64,000 nt of DNA from the human T2T-CHM13v2.0 reference genome, Homo sapiens: assembly GCF_009914755.1 (NCBI RefSeq), contig NC_060934.1. One strand, written 5' to 3'. Positions 1-13,990 of this stretch are shown in pieces. Below the pieces are notes generated by a model. That model saw only the letters and a program-made list of their open reading frames with translations. It was not told the origin of the DNA and did not search any database. The first letter of the stretch is position 1; the number at the start of each line of letters is the position of its first letter. A program made the position numbers and the translations under genes.

Positions 1-233
1 TATTTTCCTTATAACTTTCTAAATAACATTTTCTTTAGTTTACGTTATTGTAACAGTACAGTATATAATACACGTAACATACAAAATATGTGTTAATCAT
101 ATGTTTGTTATCTGTAAGGTCAATAGCAGGCTATTAGTAGTTACGTTTTTGAAAAGTCAAAAGTTACATGTGAATTTTCAGCTGTAAGGGGGCATTGGCA
201 CCTCTAATCCCTGCATTATTCAAGGGTCAATTG
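1..233. mobile_element. Tigger2-family (Tigger2/MER8-like, TcMar-Tigger) DNA transposon relic, terminal part
   Basis: Ends in 'ttcaagggtcaattg', matching the Tigger2-type TIR (...ttcaagggtcaactg), preceded by the subterminal 'agtcaaaagttacatgtgaatttt'; truncated by the window start. Confidence 0.75.
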
Positions 234-309
234 GACATCTTAAACTCTAAGATACTGATGAGACAAGAAAATAAAATTTGAGAATGAAAAATAATTCTAA
301 ACTCCTTTG

Positions 310-628
310 TATTTTGAAATGTGATCTTACTTGGTAATAGGGTAATTGCAGGTGTAATTAGTTGAAGTGAGATTATGCTGGACTAAGGTAGACCTCTATT
401 TCAATTTGCTGTCCTTATAAGAAGATGATCATGTGAAGACAAAACATTGGAATGAGGACTCTAGAAGCCAAGGAATGCCTGGGACTCACAGCTCTTAGGC
501 AGAACCAACCCTGCTGAAAGGTTGATTTTGGGTTTCTAGCCTCCAGAGCTGTAAGACAGTAAATTTCTGTTGTCTTAAGCCACCCAGCTTGTGGTATTTT
601 GTTAGGACAGCCCTCAGAAACTAATACA
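310..628 (+). mobile_element. MLT1 (MLT1B/C-like) MaLR solo LTR
   Basis: MLT1 motifs 'gaatgtgatcttacttggtaatagggt'-like, 'aagccaaggaatgcc' and 3' end 'taagccacccagcttgtggtattttgttaggacagccctcagaaactaataca'. Confidence 0.8.
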
Positions 629-629
629 A

Positions 630-2450
630 AGAGTAAAACTATGTTTATTATTTATGAATAAAATCCTACAAAATCTACAAAAAAGGTTCTAGAAAACATT
701 TAGACTAGTCAACTAGTAGAATACAATGTCAATAAATTGCATTTGTGTATACTTGCAATGAAAGATCAGAAACTGATGTTTAAAGATACCATTTACAATA
801 GCATCCATAACTATTAAACACATAGAGATAAATTATCAAGCTATATATGTGATCTCTTCACTGACAACAAAACATTGCTGAGAGGTATTAATTAAATGAT
901 AAATTAATATAGAGATATGCCATGTTATGGATTGGGAGACCAAATATTAAAGCACCAAATCCATAGATTCAAAATCATCCCAATCAATTGCAATGAGCTT
1001 TTTTAAAAAAATAAATTGACAGCCTGATTCTAAACACATATTGAAAATTAAAAGACAGAAAAATATTTAAAAGAATGAAGAGGGAGGACTTAAACTATGT
1101 GATTTCAAGATTTTCTATAAAGTAACAATAAATACAACAGTGTGATATGAGAATAAGATAGATGAATAGATCAATGGAACAGAATAGAAAGTCCAGGAAC
1201 AGACCCACCCATATATTTGATTTTCAACAAAAGTACCCAGGCAATTCAATGAGAAAAGAGTAATCCTTCAACAAATAATGCTGGGAAAACCGAATAATCA
1301 TAGGCAGAAAAGTAATCAAGACTTATTACTTACCTAAAAACATATAATAATTATTTTCAAGATCCTATTTCTAAATATGAGAGCTAGAACTGTAAAACAT
1401 CTAGAAAAATCATATGAGAAATTACTTGGAACATTGTATTAGGCATTGTACTTAGATGTATTTCTTTTAGAGAAAATGTGATAAAATTTACTTTATCAAA
1501 TTTAAATTATTTTCTATTTTCAAAAGAAACTGCTAAGACAGTAAAAGACCCAAGCCATAGACAGAGAGAAATTATTCATGGAATATATACTGATAAAGAG
1601 ACATGTTTCTAGATATATAACAGACTATTATATTTATGTATATTAATACTAGCATTGTCAAGAGACTTCAATAGACCCATCATCAAAGAAATAAATGAAT
1701 GGCAAATATCATAGGGAAAACGTTCAACATCATTGGTCATAAGAAAAATGCAAATTTAAGCCACAGTGAGCCTCTACATACCTACTAGAACGACAAAAAC
1801 TATAAAGGCTAACCACATCAAGCACTGGTGAGGACACAGTAGAGCTGTAACACTCAATCACTCCTAGGATGAACGCAAAATCATGCAACCACTTTGGAAG
1901 ACAATTGGATGTTATCATAATGTTAAACATGCATTTATCATATGACACAGCCGCACAACTCCACAGATGAAAATGTTTATCTTTACAAAGACTCACACAT
2001 GAATGTTCAATGGTACTTTGTAACAGCCTTAAACTAGAAAGTTTTCAAATGCCCACCAACTGAGGGGTGGCAAAAAAAAAAAAAACATGGTATATGCATA
2101 TAATGAAATATGAATATCCATGAAAAGGAAAGAACAACTCATCTACGCCACAATATAGATTAATCTTGAATATGCTAAGTAAAGAAGACGGTCATAAAAC
2201 TCTACAAACTATTTGATTTCATTTAGATGAAATTCTTGAAAAGGCAAAACTGTAGTGAGTGACCACTGATCAGTGTTTGCTATGGTCTGGGAGTTGGGGG
2301 AGGTGATTGACAATAAAAGAGAGTTTGGGGGGTGATATATACATTTTATATTGTGATTGTGCTGGGTGTTGGGAGAGTTTACAACTGTCAGAATTCATAT
2401 GATGCACTTAAAATTAGTGAATTTTATAGCTCATAAATTAGACATTGATA
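630..2450 (+). mobile_element. Old L1M (L1MC/ME-type) LINE fragment: 3' ORF2 and 3' UTR
   Basis: Decayed ORF2 motifs ('atagatcaatggaacagaatagaaagtccagga', 'ttcaacaaataatgctggg') and 3' UTR ('gcatttatcatatgacacagc', 'cacttaaaattagtgaattttat'). Confidence 0.85.
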
Positions 2451-2679
2451 GAACCCAGCAAAAAAAAAAATAGAAAAGATTGTCCTTTACATTTTTGTTT
2501 TAAGTACATATTTATTTTTATAACATTTTATTTGGATTTTTATTTTTTCTTTAAGGTAGCCTCCTTATTGCATAAACATCTAGGCACAGAGCATTTGGTC
2601 AAATACCAAACAAAAAAGTGTATTGCTCTTATTAGAATCACATAGTATAGTAAATACCTATCATGTTACAGTATAAATA

Positions 2680-3660
2680 CATTAAAATGTCAGGTAGTGA
2701 TAAGTACTATAAAAAATAAAACTGTGTAAGATGATAGAGATTAGCCTCTCTGATCAGAGAAATCCTCTCTGAAAACCTATTTGTATAAAATCTTGAATGA
2801 ATGGAGGGATAAGTTATGAGGCTACACAGGCTCTTGGACTAGCAAATGTGAAAGGTCTGTGTTAAGAAGTTGCTATGATCTGAATGTTTGTGTGCACCTA
2901 AAATTCATATGTTGAAATCAAATCACCAATGTCATGGTACTAGGAAGAGGGCCCTTTAAGAGGTAATTAGGTCATGAGGATGGAATCCTCATTAATGGAC
3001 TAGTGCCCTTCTATGAAGAGGACACAGAGCTAGCTAATCCCTTCCCACCATGTGAGCACTCAGCAGGAAGTCATCATCTATGAACCAAGAAGCTGGCTTG
3101 CACCAGACACAGAATCTGCTGGTGCCTTGATCTTGGAATCCCCATCCTCTGGAACTGTAATAAATAAATTTATGTTGTTTATAAGCCATCCAGTTTATGC
3201 TGTTCTATTTAGCAGCCTAAACAGACTAAGGCAGATGTAGTTGACATGTTCAAGGGATATTAAAAAAGGTTGTATGGCTTGAGTAAAGTAAGGGAGGGCG
3301 GGTAGGGTTAAAACAAAAAGAACCTGGAGAGATGAGCAGGGATTATATTGCCTTAGTGAACTGGTTTTTTCTAAGTATGATGCGAAGCCATTGCATGTTT
3401 TGAAAAAAGAAGTAACAGGATCTACTTTAGCTGAGACCATATATGGAGTAAAAGATCTGCGAAAGCTAAGCACAGACATACAGAAGTCACTGAAGAGGCT
3501 ACAGCACTAGTCAAAGGGAGAAATGATGTTGGTATTGCTAAAATGTTAGCAGTGGAGGTGGTGAGAAGTAGTAAGATTCAGGATCTATTTTGAAGGTAAC
3601 ACTAATAATTGCTGACGTACCAGATATGGTGGATTGTAAATCACAAAGAGACACCAAATA
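2680..3660 (-). mobile_element. L2 LINE relic, interrupted by MLT1A0
   Basis: Antisense L2 motifs 'gcagtggaggtggtgagaagtagtaagattcaggatctattttgaaggta' and 'gaagccattgcatgttttga'. Confidence 0.65.
2871..3233 (+). mobile_element. MLT1A0-like MaLR solo LTR, full length
   Basis: Starts 'tgctatgatctgaatgtttgtg...aaattcatatgttgaaatc', ends 'agcagcctaaacagactaaggca'; internal 'ccagacacagaatctgctggtgccttgatcttgga'. Confidence 0.88.
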
Positions 3661-4118
3661 TGGCTTCGTGATCTTTGACCCCAGCAGCAGACAGAAGCCA
3701 AGGGCATAGTTCATCAGCACATCTCTCCTTTTTCCTACATCTTCTAAGTCTCCTTCTCAAACATCTTTTCTCTTAGCCTAGTCCCAGGTTTTATATCCCT
3801 TCTATTCTAAAAGAAACGTCTTATAAGTGTGTGCCTGCCACAAAACTTGGCACTGTTCTCAATTTCACACGTAAATAAAACTTTCCCTTTTCCTTTTATT
3901 TAAACCACTCAGAAGAGTATTCTACATTCACGTGTTCCATGTTTGCTTGTTTTTCAATTTTCAAATTGAAGTGTACACTTCAATCCACTTATGTCTGATT
4001 CTACCTCTACTATTGCTGAATCACCCTAGCTAAATTGTTGGGAGGAAGTCCCAATAAATTTTAAGAGGCTTTTCAGTTTGAGTAGCAAAGTTTAGATAGG
4101 TTTTATTAAAAATAGCCC

Positions 4119-4450
<332 letters not shown>

Positions 4451-6139
4451 GCCCAAGAGAAGGAAAGTGCATACTCAACAAATTACATTAAGCTCCACTC
4501 AACTTCCTTCTCTTGTCTTCAACTTTTGATTCTTATGGTTTGTTTTGGTCTTATTTTCTGGACTTTGAATGTGGTGCTTCTACCGTTTAAGTGTAACATC
4601 TTGATTTCACTTGCACGTGTAATTGCATCTAAAAAAAATCCCGCTAGATCTCTCATTATAACCCTGACTTTGGTTTCACCCTTGCTGTGCCATGTGACTT
4701 GTGTGGGGGAAGGTGTAGGGGTGGGTCACAGCTCACAGTATTTGAGGAGATCACAGAAGCAAGTTTTCTGAAGAGATATATGAGGCTAACTTCTTTTCTC
4801 CTTCCCTATAACTCAGAAAGAATTGATTTCTCTTTCAGGTAAACAAAAGCTGAAGATACAGCTACGTAAATTGAGCCTCAACAGTTTTTAATGATGAGGT
4901 TCCACATTGTTGCTTCTAGCCAGGCATCAGACCTCTCATATCTACTACCAGTCCAAGCTATATGAATTAAGTGAATTGGAAGAAGTAACAATCATTTTCA
5001 ATTCCAAGATAATTTCCCAGTCAGCATTTATTGATCAATAAATGTCATATTAAACTTTAATTCCTTTAGGGCAACTAATATAAGTTTTAACTATGTCATT
5101 TCTCTTTCACATTCATTTCAGTAGGCTTCTGAATATTTACTAAAGTTGATTATCATTCTTAACACAGTGTAAGCCACAGAAGGGAAAACAGAAAACGTAA
5201 GAGACTCCCCCTGCTTTACTGATATCCCCAAAGCCTTCCGTTTTTTGTCACGGTTTTCTGGAAAATTAAACTTTCAAAGTTTTACTTTGCTGGGGAAGTT
5301 TTTTGGTATCAGCAGCCCTTTTCATCTGTATAATTTTTTTCTGCTTATTTAAATTAAAAGCTTAAGGTGTTGGATTCGTTCAAATCTCCAGTTTGAACCC
5401 TTTCATATGTTTTATAGTCACAATTAAGTTTTAATTCATTGGTCTTAGGTCAAGGAGAATGAGAAAGACAAATGTATGACACTGAACTGTAATTCATTAT
5501 GTAATTTAAAATACTGATACCATTCAGCAATTTTTTATATTCACTATTTAGGTTTGAAATTTTTGTTTTTGACAGTTGTGTTTCAGTTATCAGTGGGATA
5601 TGCAAGTTGTCTCACATTGAAAATGGGTAATGATAGCTATACCAAGAAATATACAGCAAATGGTGACTGTAGCTGAGGATTTACAGGCAGGCTAAAAACA
5701 AGCCTGGATTCACAAGAGATAACGTCTGCAGATGAGTCTCCTTCCAACTCCTTATTCACTGAACACAAACTGAGTTCATTTAATACTTGCCTCTAGTTAA
5801 TCTCTGCTACCAACGCTTTGAATAAAAGGCATCCTTTAGGTGTCTGGATGTTTGTTATTCGACATCTTAGTCATGCTAAAGGTGGAAATGGGCTCCCGAT
5901 GACTGTGTATTGACTTTGTGGGTGTTTGCATTTGTGTGTGCATCATGTGTGTGCTTCATCCGGCCAAGGCTACCCCCTTGACCACTGGGGTGATTTATAT
6001 ATACCTTTTAAGAGACTGAAAAAAGTAGAAAATAACAAAAGTGTGATCAACTTGTTCTATCATAATTCAGTAACAACAATAGATAGCAAGATATGTTCAT
6101 AATTATACTAATCTTCCCTGCCTTTCATGATTTCTCAGT

Positions 6140-6484
6140 CAGTGGCTTCCCTGGGTCATGGGACAGACTCTGGCCAATGGGATGAGTGGGCATGACATTT
6201 GCTACATCAAAGCAAAAGTTTTAAATGCTATTATTTAATCTGGAGGCTTATTCACTTCCGCTCTCAACTGTGAGAACAGCATGTTCCATGCAGTGGCAAT
6301 TCCTCCTGCTTGGATTCTGAAATGCTAAAACATGTGGATCCCTGCCTGCAAACCCACAGGACCCAGGACAACTGCCCTCATAGAGCAGGAGCAAAAAATA
6401 AACATGTGTTAATTGTAAGCCCCTGAGAATTTGAGAATCATTTTCCTCTAGGTAGCCTAACCTAGAGGAAAACGACTACTAACA
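6140..6484 (+). mobile_element. Old MLT1 (I/J/K-like) LTR fragment
   Basis: 'tctggccaatgggatgagtggg', 'aaaaaataaacatgtgtt...gtaagcccctgagaatttgag' and a 3' end near 'gactactaaca'. Confidence 0.6.
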
Positions 6485-7089
6485 GAGTTGTCAGGGGAGC
6501 ATAAGAGTCTCTAGACAGAGGAGCCTCTTGAGGAAATCCTGAGATTTAAGAAGGCATACATTTCTTTGGAATGTTATGTATGAAAGGAATGAAGAAGAGA
6601 TAGGATTAATAAAAGAAGTAAAGAAATTTAGCATTTAGGTGTGCCTTGATTGTTTTATTTTTGTAACTGAGTTATTCTTTTATTTACGTTGGTGATAGCT
6701 CAAATATCAATTAATTTTCTAGAGTTCCCTACAACACTTGAATTACATATTCTCCTGTGGTTGAGATGATAATGCATTTTCACTTCCAAAAAGGTACTTT
6801 ATCTGTTATATGTTAAACTTACATTCCTTAATTATACAATGTCACTTATTTTGTATTATGGAGAAGCAATGCTTTCAAATTCACACTGCCATGATGTTTT
6901 TCTAAACAGGACTTGCTTCTGTTCTGTTGTAATCTTAGATAAACAGATATAACTTAGAATAAGTAGAAAGTATACCTAACTTTGTTGCTTTCTTTTGAAC
7001 TTTTTTGCTTTACCTATGTTACTGTTAGCTCAGGGGAAGAGGCAAATTCTCCAGTGGGAAAAAAAACTTAAAAAAGTTATTGATTTTTA

Positions 7090-7725
7090 ACAAATAGAAA
7101 ATATATATATTTGAAAGTTTTTAAAATACAGAATTGAATAGAGTTCAATGTAAGGAAACCTCCTCATATTTCCTTTATCCTTTCCAGTTCCCATTGCCTA
7201 TGACTAACCATTGTGAATAATATTTGAAACAAGGTCATATTCCATACACTTTATTAAGACTATTTCTGGTTTTTTAACATTATGAATGTTGTTCAATGTT
7301 TCTACATACTACCCATTCCATTCTTTTATTCTACAACATGGATGATCAGTATCTTCTTTAAACATTTTCCAAATTTCAACAAGTTGAGCTGGTTCTTACA
7401 AATAAAGCTGTAATATGCATCTTGGTACATATTTTCTTGCATATTTATGAGATAGATTACTAAAAGTATACTTGAGTTAAAATGTATATACAGTCCTCCC
7501 AAATGGTTTATATAATATATAATTCTGTCATCACTGTTTGAGATTCTTTTACTCTATATCCTCACAAACACAAGCTTTTATAAATCTATAAAAATGTTAT
7601 GCCAGTAGGTAAGCAATATGTAACATCTTATTTAGTTACTGTTCTTGGACTACTGCTGTGTCGTTCTGTTGATAAGATCTTTGTATTTCTTATTCTGTGT
7701 ATTCTCTGTTCATATTTCTTGACCT
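7090..7725 (-). mobile_element. L1ME-type LINE 3' fragment
   Basis: Antisense L1 3'-region motifs 'aaagctgtaatatgcatcttggtacatatttt' and 'ttgtatttcttattctgtgtattctctgttcatatttcttgacc'. Confidence 0.6.
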
Positions 7726-7736
7726 CGCTGCTGAGA

Positions 7737-7872
7737 TTTTGTTTGTTTATTTTTTAGAGACAGAGTCTTGCTATGTTGCCCAGGCTGGTCTTGAACTTCT
7801 GGCCTCAAGTGATCCTCCTGCCTCGGCCTTCTAAAGTGCTGGGATTACAGGCATGAGCCACTATGCCCAGCC
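7737..7872 (-). mobile_element. FLAM_C (Alu monomer)
   Basis: Single left-monomer Alu in reverse with a T-rich tail; 'tgagatttt' on both flanks (likely TSD). Confidence 0.88.
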
Positions 7873-8107
7873 TTTTGAGATTTTTGAATGTGGATTTTTT
7901 AATTTGTAAATCTCATTTTTATATTTGAGACAGCAGCCTTTTGAGTAACCATGACAATAGTCTTTTCCTCTAGTACAATTTTGTTTGAACAAAGTAATTT
8001 ACAAAGATCATAGACCATATAGTTTACAAATAACATGTATGGTGTGTTTTCCCAATAACATTTGCACCACATTTAGGGGCCAACTTGAAAAGGAGACCAT
8101 ATCGCAG

Positions 8108-8300
8108 GAATGTTAAGAACCCTATCTTAGGAATCAGGCAAATGTATGACACATTTCAACTTTGACATACATTAGCTGTGTAACTTAAGTAAATTATCTA
8201 AACTTTCTGATGTTCAATTTACCAGTTTTTAAAATGGAAAGAATATCTCTTTAATTTAGGTTTTTGTGAAAAATATTTTAAGTAAGAAAATGAGGTGTTC
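8108..8300 (+). mobile_element. MIR SINE
   Basis: MIR core 'attagctgtgtaacttaagtaaattatctaaactttctga...tttttaaaatggaa'. Confidence 0.7.
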
Positions 8301-8385
8301 TAATATGCATTCCATGTGGGTACAGATATTTGTTTCATAATACTCAACTTTCTATAATTTCTATCCCACTTAGGTACAATGCATA

Positions 8386-8394
8386 TAGATAGAC

Positions 8395-8435
<41 letters not shown>
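8386..8435. repeat. (GATA)n tetranucleotide STR, ~12 units with one GACA variant, followed by TA/CA low-complexity sequence to ~8640
   Basis: Read directly. Confidence 0.97.
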
Positions 8436-11400
8436 CACATACACACACATATATATATAAAACTGCCACAAAAATCATTACACGTGTGTCTATGTATGTG
8501 TAGGTATATATGTATACACATACATATATACACATATGTATATACATACATAATTATATGTGTATATATACACGCATATATACATACATAATATACATAT
8601 GCATATACATATACATATATATTTATATATAAATATAAGTTTAAATGTATACATTTCTGTGTAATCAAGTAATCTAGAACAAATTCCTTATCAGAGATCA
8701 CATTGGAATCTTGATAAAACGGGACGGAATAGCTTGAAATTAACTTTAAGCTACAAATTAAAAAATATTTATATACAGTATAAAATAGTTTTACAAACTA
8801 GTTTGATCATGGTGCATAAACTTCCAAATTATTATAGCAAAAATTTAGTACACTTGCTTCAGCAAAATTTTAAAATATATTTTCCAGTGGGGAGATATTA
8901 ATGTAACTTAGTAGCTTTTATCTAATATGCAAACCCTGTGGCTCTTTGGAATATTGTGTTAAGAATTCTGAAGTCCACAGAAAAGAGAGCAGGGAGTAAG
9001 TAATGATGCTGCAGGAAGTGTGGTTTGGCAGTCACTTTTTCACGCATTTGATACTACTGAACACAAAGAAAACAACTGTGAAATTTTATTTCACAGATCA
9101 TTGTTTTAACTGTATTTTTTTCCCACACAAAATTGTAAGCCTTCCATAATTGCTTAGTTAGATTAGGGGTGGCCTCTGGGGTTGGTTGTTAGCTTTTTCC
9201 ACTAACTGATACTTAGCTTTGTTTTAACAAAATGTCCTCCTCCTTAACTATGTTTCATTTCAAAAGTCAACCCAGCTTAATTTTATCCTACTAGTGAAAT
9301 ATTGACATAAATAGGGAATACACATAATTTCCAGGGAAAGGAAACTTGTCAAATATGTTAGTATATTATGTCTGCCTCCATGATCCCAGTTCTTTCTACT
9401 TAAGATAGTCATATGTGTAAAATGTAATTAAAATTGGAGTTAAGTGAATCAATCTTTTAAAAATGAACAAAAACAATAAAAGGCTAGTTTAAACAAAAAG
9501 TCACACCTCTGAAAATAGGGGCATCAAAAAATCTATATTCCTGGTGTTCTCTATATAATACTGAATTATTTAAGCTCTTTTCTAAGAGTGTATTCCAGAG
9601 GATGAAAAAGAAGTATCTGTGTTGTGGAACATAGAGGGAGCTGTTGGCAAAGGGATAGTAAAACAATCATAAAATATACAGTGAATTTTTTTATTAAAAT
9701 AGATTTTTTTAAAACCTTACTTTCAAGGCATCAATTGATAGTTAAAATGTATAATAGAATTTGATTGAAGTTAATATTTTTGGAAGAAGATTGTGGTAGA
9801 AATTATCTTTAAAAAAAAAAAAAAGATTTTCATGAAAAACAGGCCTGTTACTATTCAGAACAAGAGTACCTTGGAGAGGATGGAGGCTAATGCATTACAT
9901 TTTGTTATTTTCACTTTATATTGTGTCCACTAACATGACACTGGGATTTATTTAGAGTAGTATAACTTTGCTCTATTCCTTAGATTTAAGTTATTTGCCC
10001 ACTGAGAAAAATGTAAGTTGTTCTAAGGCATTTAATGTTATAATATTTGAAAGTTACAAATTAATGGGTTAAGTGATATAATACAGGGACAACGTTTGGG
10101 AAGGCTGATATCATGGTGATTCATAGCAACATAATTGCCACAAAAATTATTGCACATATAAAACAAAAAAACATTTGGTTGATGACAAGTACTGAAGGCA
10201 AACAATATACTAAAGTAATTGAACATATAATCTGAATTTGCACCACTTGGTTATTGTGAATTAACCAACATCAACAGCAACATTTCCTAAGAATATACAC
10301 CATCAATTAGCATTTGAATGTGAATGGAAAAACAGATTCACACGGTAGTAGAAATACAAAAGGAATACATTTTAAAATAGTTTTTAAACCACTGTTTACT
10401 AAAAGACCTATCCAAGGCACTCTGATAAATGTTTATTCAGTGCTTGTGACCAATGCAGCAAACTCATGTTAGGAGTATTGGTTTATCATGGCAGGTTGTC
10501 AACAGCTAGGATATCATTATAAATGATCTTGTCTTTTCTGTTATAATTCAACAGAACAACTAAGAAGTATAAATGAAACTGCTCGAGGAGATGGAATTCA
10601 AAAGCGGGTTTAGCCCTGGTTTTGAGACAGTACGAAAGTTTGAAGGCGCTATTATTTAATGCGTGTTTAGTTTACTTTGGCATTTAGTCCTCAGCATAAC
10701 ATACTCTGTTAGCTTCTCAACTGGAACAGCCCCTTGATGTGGGCCTTACCCCTTCACTCATTAATAGAAAGTGAGTCTCTTAAGCAGCAGCATTTTGTGA
10801 CCTGTGTCCCCTCGGTCACCTCTAACAAAATGGTAGGAGGGTGGTTGTGCGTTCCTGGGAGATTTCTTGTCCTCATTTCCCAGTTTATTTTCAAATCCTG
10901 GTTCTAGAATTAACACATGATTATTACCATATTCTTACATGTATGATCAAAGGTGCAGGGATTTACATACCACAATACTAAGATTTTTATTGAATTCCTA
11001 TGTGGTTGGAGAAAAAACTCATTGGCAGGTAATTTTTAAAATATTGCCTGATATTTGAAAGAATGCTATCAAATATGTTTCCAAGTTCATTTATTCTCTC
11101 TCTAATATGGCTCTACAAAACTTAAAAAAAAATTATATACAATTTTCTTCTCATCCTGTTGGAAAGCACTTAGATGCAAATGGTGAAGGTATCTAGAATG
11201 AAAACCATGTTTTTAATTGCCACTAAATTGCAGACACTCTGCTTGCTGTCATAGGAAATGGTTAAACCAATGAGAAATACATTTGTCAATAAAAGATCAC
11301 TCTCATTTATTTTTGATGGAATGCAAAATGTTCTAACATTAAGGAGGGGGGCTTGGCACTATGTAACACAATTACATCTACATTTACCCTTTGAGTCAGC

Positions 11401-12341
11401 AATACAATTTACTTTGAAAATACACATTCACTAATACAAAACTATAGATGCACAAGGTTATTTATTGCAGCAGTTTTTTGAATAGCAGTATATAAAAAAT
11501 TACCTCAGTGCTCAACCATAAAAGATGGATTGAATAAATATTATAAATATATAGAGTAATAAGCAGCTTAAAGATTGAAGAATATCCTATGAACTGAACT
11601 GATAAGAATATAGTTTTAAAAAGCAAAGCAGCCTGAAAAACGTAGGTTTAAAAAAGAGAGAAAATAAGAACTTGACTTTTTTCTCAAAAAGAAACTTATG
11701 ATATAAGCCAGTAACAATTGAAAATGGGTACGTGGGGAGTGGGGAAGCTGGCAATGGTGGAGATGAATGGATAGGAGAAAGTCTTCTCTAAGTAAACCAG
11801 TAAACCTGACTATGTTATATAATGTTGGCTTGTGAACTAGGTTGTAATTGTATACATTAAAAATAAAAGCAAAAGCAAAATAAACATGAAAATCCTAAAT
11901 ATGGATATAAACAAAAATGAAGGAAACTTGCTTTATATGAAATTGATAATATAATCCTTGGAAAACATATGTGATTTCTGAATATAGTGCTCCAATTGTA
12001 CAAATTTAGAATTAGACATAGTCTAAAGAAAAACAAAACTGAATGAAATTTTGAATGTTACTTAATAGGTTTATTATGAATGGTAGTATTAACTTGCTGT
12101 AGTATTTATGTATGCTTTTGTATAAATTTTAGAATTGAGCACCTGTATAACTATATTTACTGTTTGGAGCCAGGATTTTTGCTGTGATTAAATTAGGAGT
12201 ATGGAAATAATTGGGGAGAGGGGGAGAAAACTCTTTAGTACTAGATTGGATTTGGAGGTATCAGTTTAATCTTGTGATCTTATACAGTATTTCTTAGCTC
12301 TACTAAGTTAAGTTGTCTAGAAGCATAAGACTTCAATAACA

Positions 12342-12733
<392 letters not shown>

Positions 12734-12820
12734 CTAGAGTGCCATGGACAAATGCCTAATACTAGGACTAGGTTAGAGAAAGTACAAGTTGAGCTTGAAA
12801 CATCTTGTTGTACTATTAGG

Positions 12821-12998
12821 GAAAAGGAGGAGGAGGAGGAGGAAGAAGAAGAAGAAGAGGAGGAGGAAGAAGCAGAAGAGGAGGAGGAGGAAGAAGAAGA
12901 AGAGGAGGAGGAAGAAGCAGAAGAGGAGGAGGAAGAGGAGGAGGAAGAGGAGGAAGAAGAAGAGGAAGAGGAAGGAGAAGAAAGGGGAGAAAAAGAAA
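12821..12998. repeat. Compound (GAG/GAA)n polypurine trinucleotide repeat
   Basis: Read directly; only two C interruptions, 45 bp apart (12873, 12918). Confidence 0.97.
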
Positions 12999-13589
12999 GT
13001 AAGTTAATTGGACATGTCAAAAGGAGATTTTCACTGGCCAAATGTAGACAATGAAAGCACTGAAAAAAAAATAACAGATTACAATAAACAAAATACAAAA
13101 GACTCCATGAGTCCCCAGAAATGCTCGAAACCATAAAGAAAAGGAAAAGAGCAAGGAAAAGGTAAAAAGAGAAAGCAAAATGGAGAGAGAGAGCAAAAAA
13201 ACTACTAGCTAAAACATACAGAGTTAAATAAACCACCTTTTGCAACCACAAATATAGTAACTGATTATAGCAAGGTCTGTCAAAGATGTTGAACATTTTG
13301 AGTGAATGTTTCTTGGGGAACAGAATATTCACACCATCTCAAAGTATCACTCCATCAATGTCTTATAACGACAATGACAAAAGAGAACTCTTCATGTGAG
13401 AGTTCTGGCCATCACCATCTTAATAATTATCAGGACAAACTGATATGTCTTCTGATGTGAAACAATGGAAAATACACACAGTATCACCAATGTTGTAGTC
13501 GCCCCTAAAATGTTTAACCTAACCAATCATAAAGCAATCTACCAACCTGGATTATGAAATAGTGGAATAATGACTTCACAGATTCACAA

Positions 13590-13990
13590 ATGCATTCATT
13601 TTACAGTTATGTGTTAAGTTTTCCCTATATACCCTGGTCTAGGTGTAGAGGTTTCAGAAATAGCACATGTCTTCTTAGAACTTATCACTTTACTTAAAAT
13701 ATTACTCAGGGTTACAGGTTGGTAGAAATATACTTTTTAAAATCATATAGTCAGAGAAGACTTTGCTGGTGAAATGATATTTGAGTAGAATTCAAAACGA
13801 AGTGTATGGAGCCATAGGCTCCAAGTTTGGCTTATTTGAGGAGCAGCAAATCAGTTAGCAGAAGACTTAAAAAGGAGAAAAGTCATAGAGAATAAATTGC
13901 CAGGAACCATTTCATGTAAAATAATCCATTTAAGTCATGGTAAGAAATTTAGATTTTATTCCAAAATTTGGATTTTATTCTAAGTATAAA
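13590..13990 (-). mobile_element. L2 LINE 3' fragment
   Basis: 'gtcagagaagactttgctggtgaaatgatatttgagtagaa' and 'gtcatggtaagaaatttagattttattcc' match antisense L2. Confidence 0.6.

Noticed and set aside
8300-8701. Tyr/Ile/Val/Cys-rich ORFs here and at 44673, 48578, 51634 and 61768-62123
   Set aside because: Translations of GATA, TA and CA microsatellites
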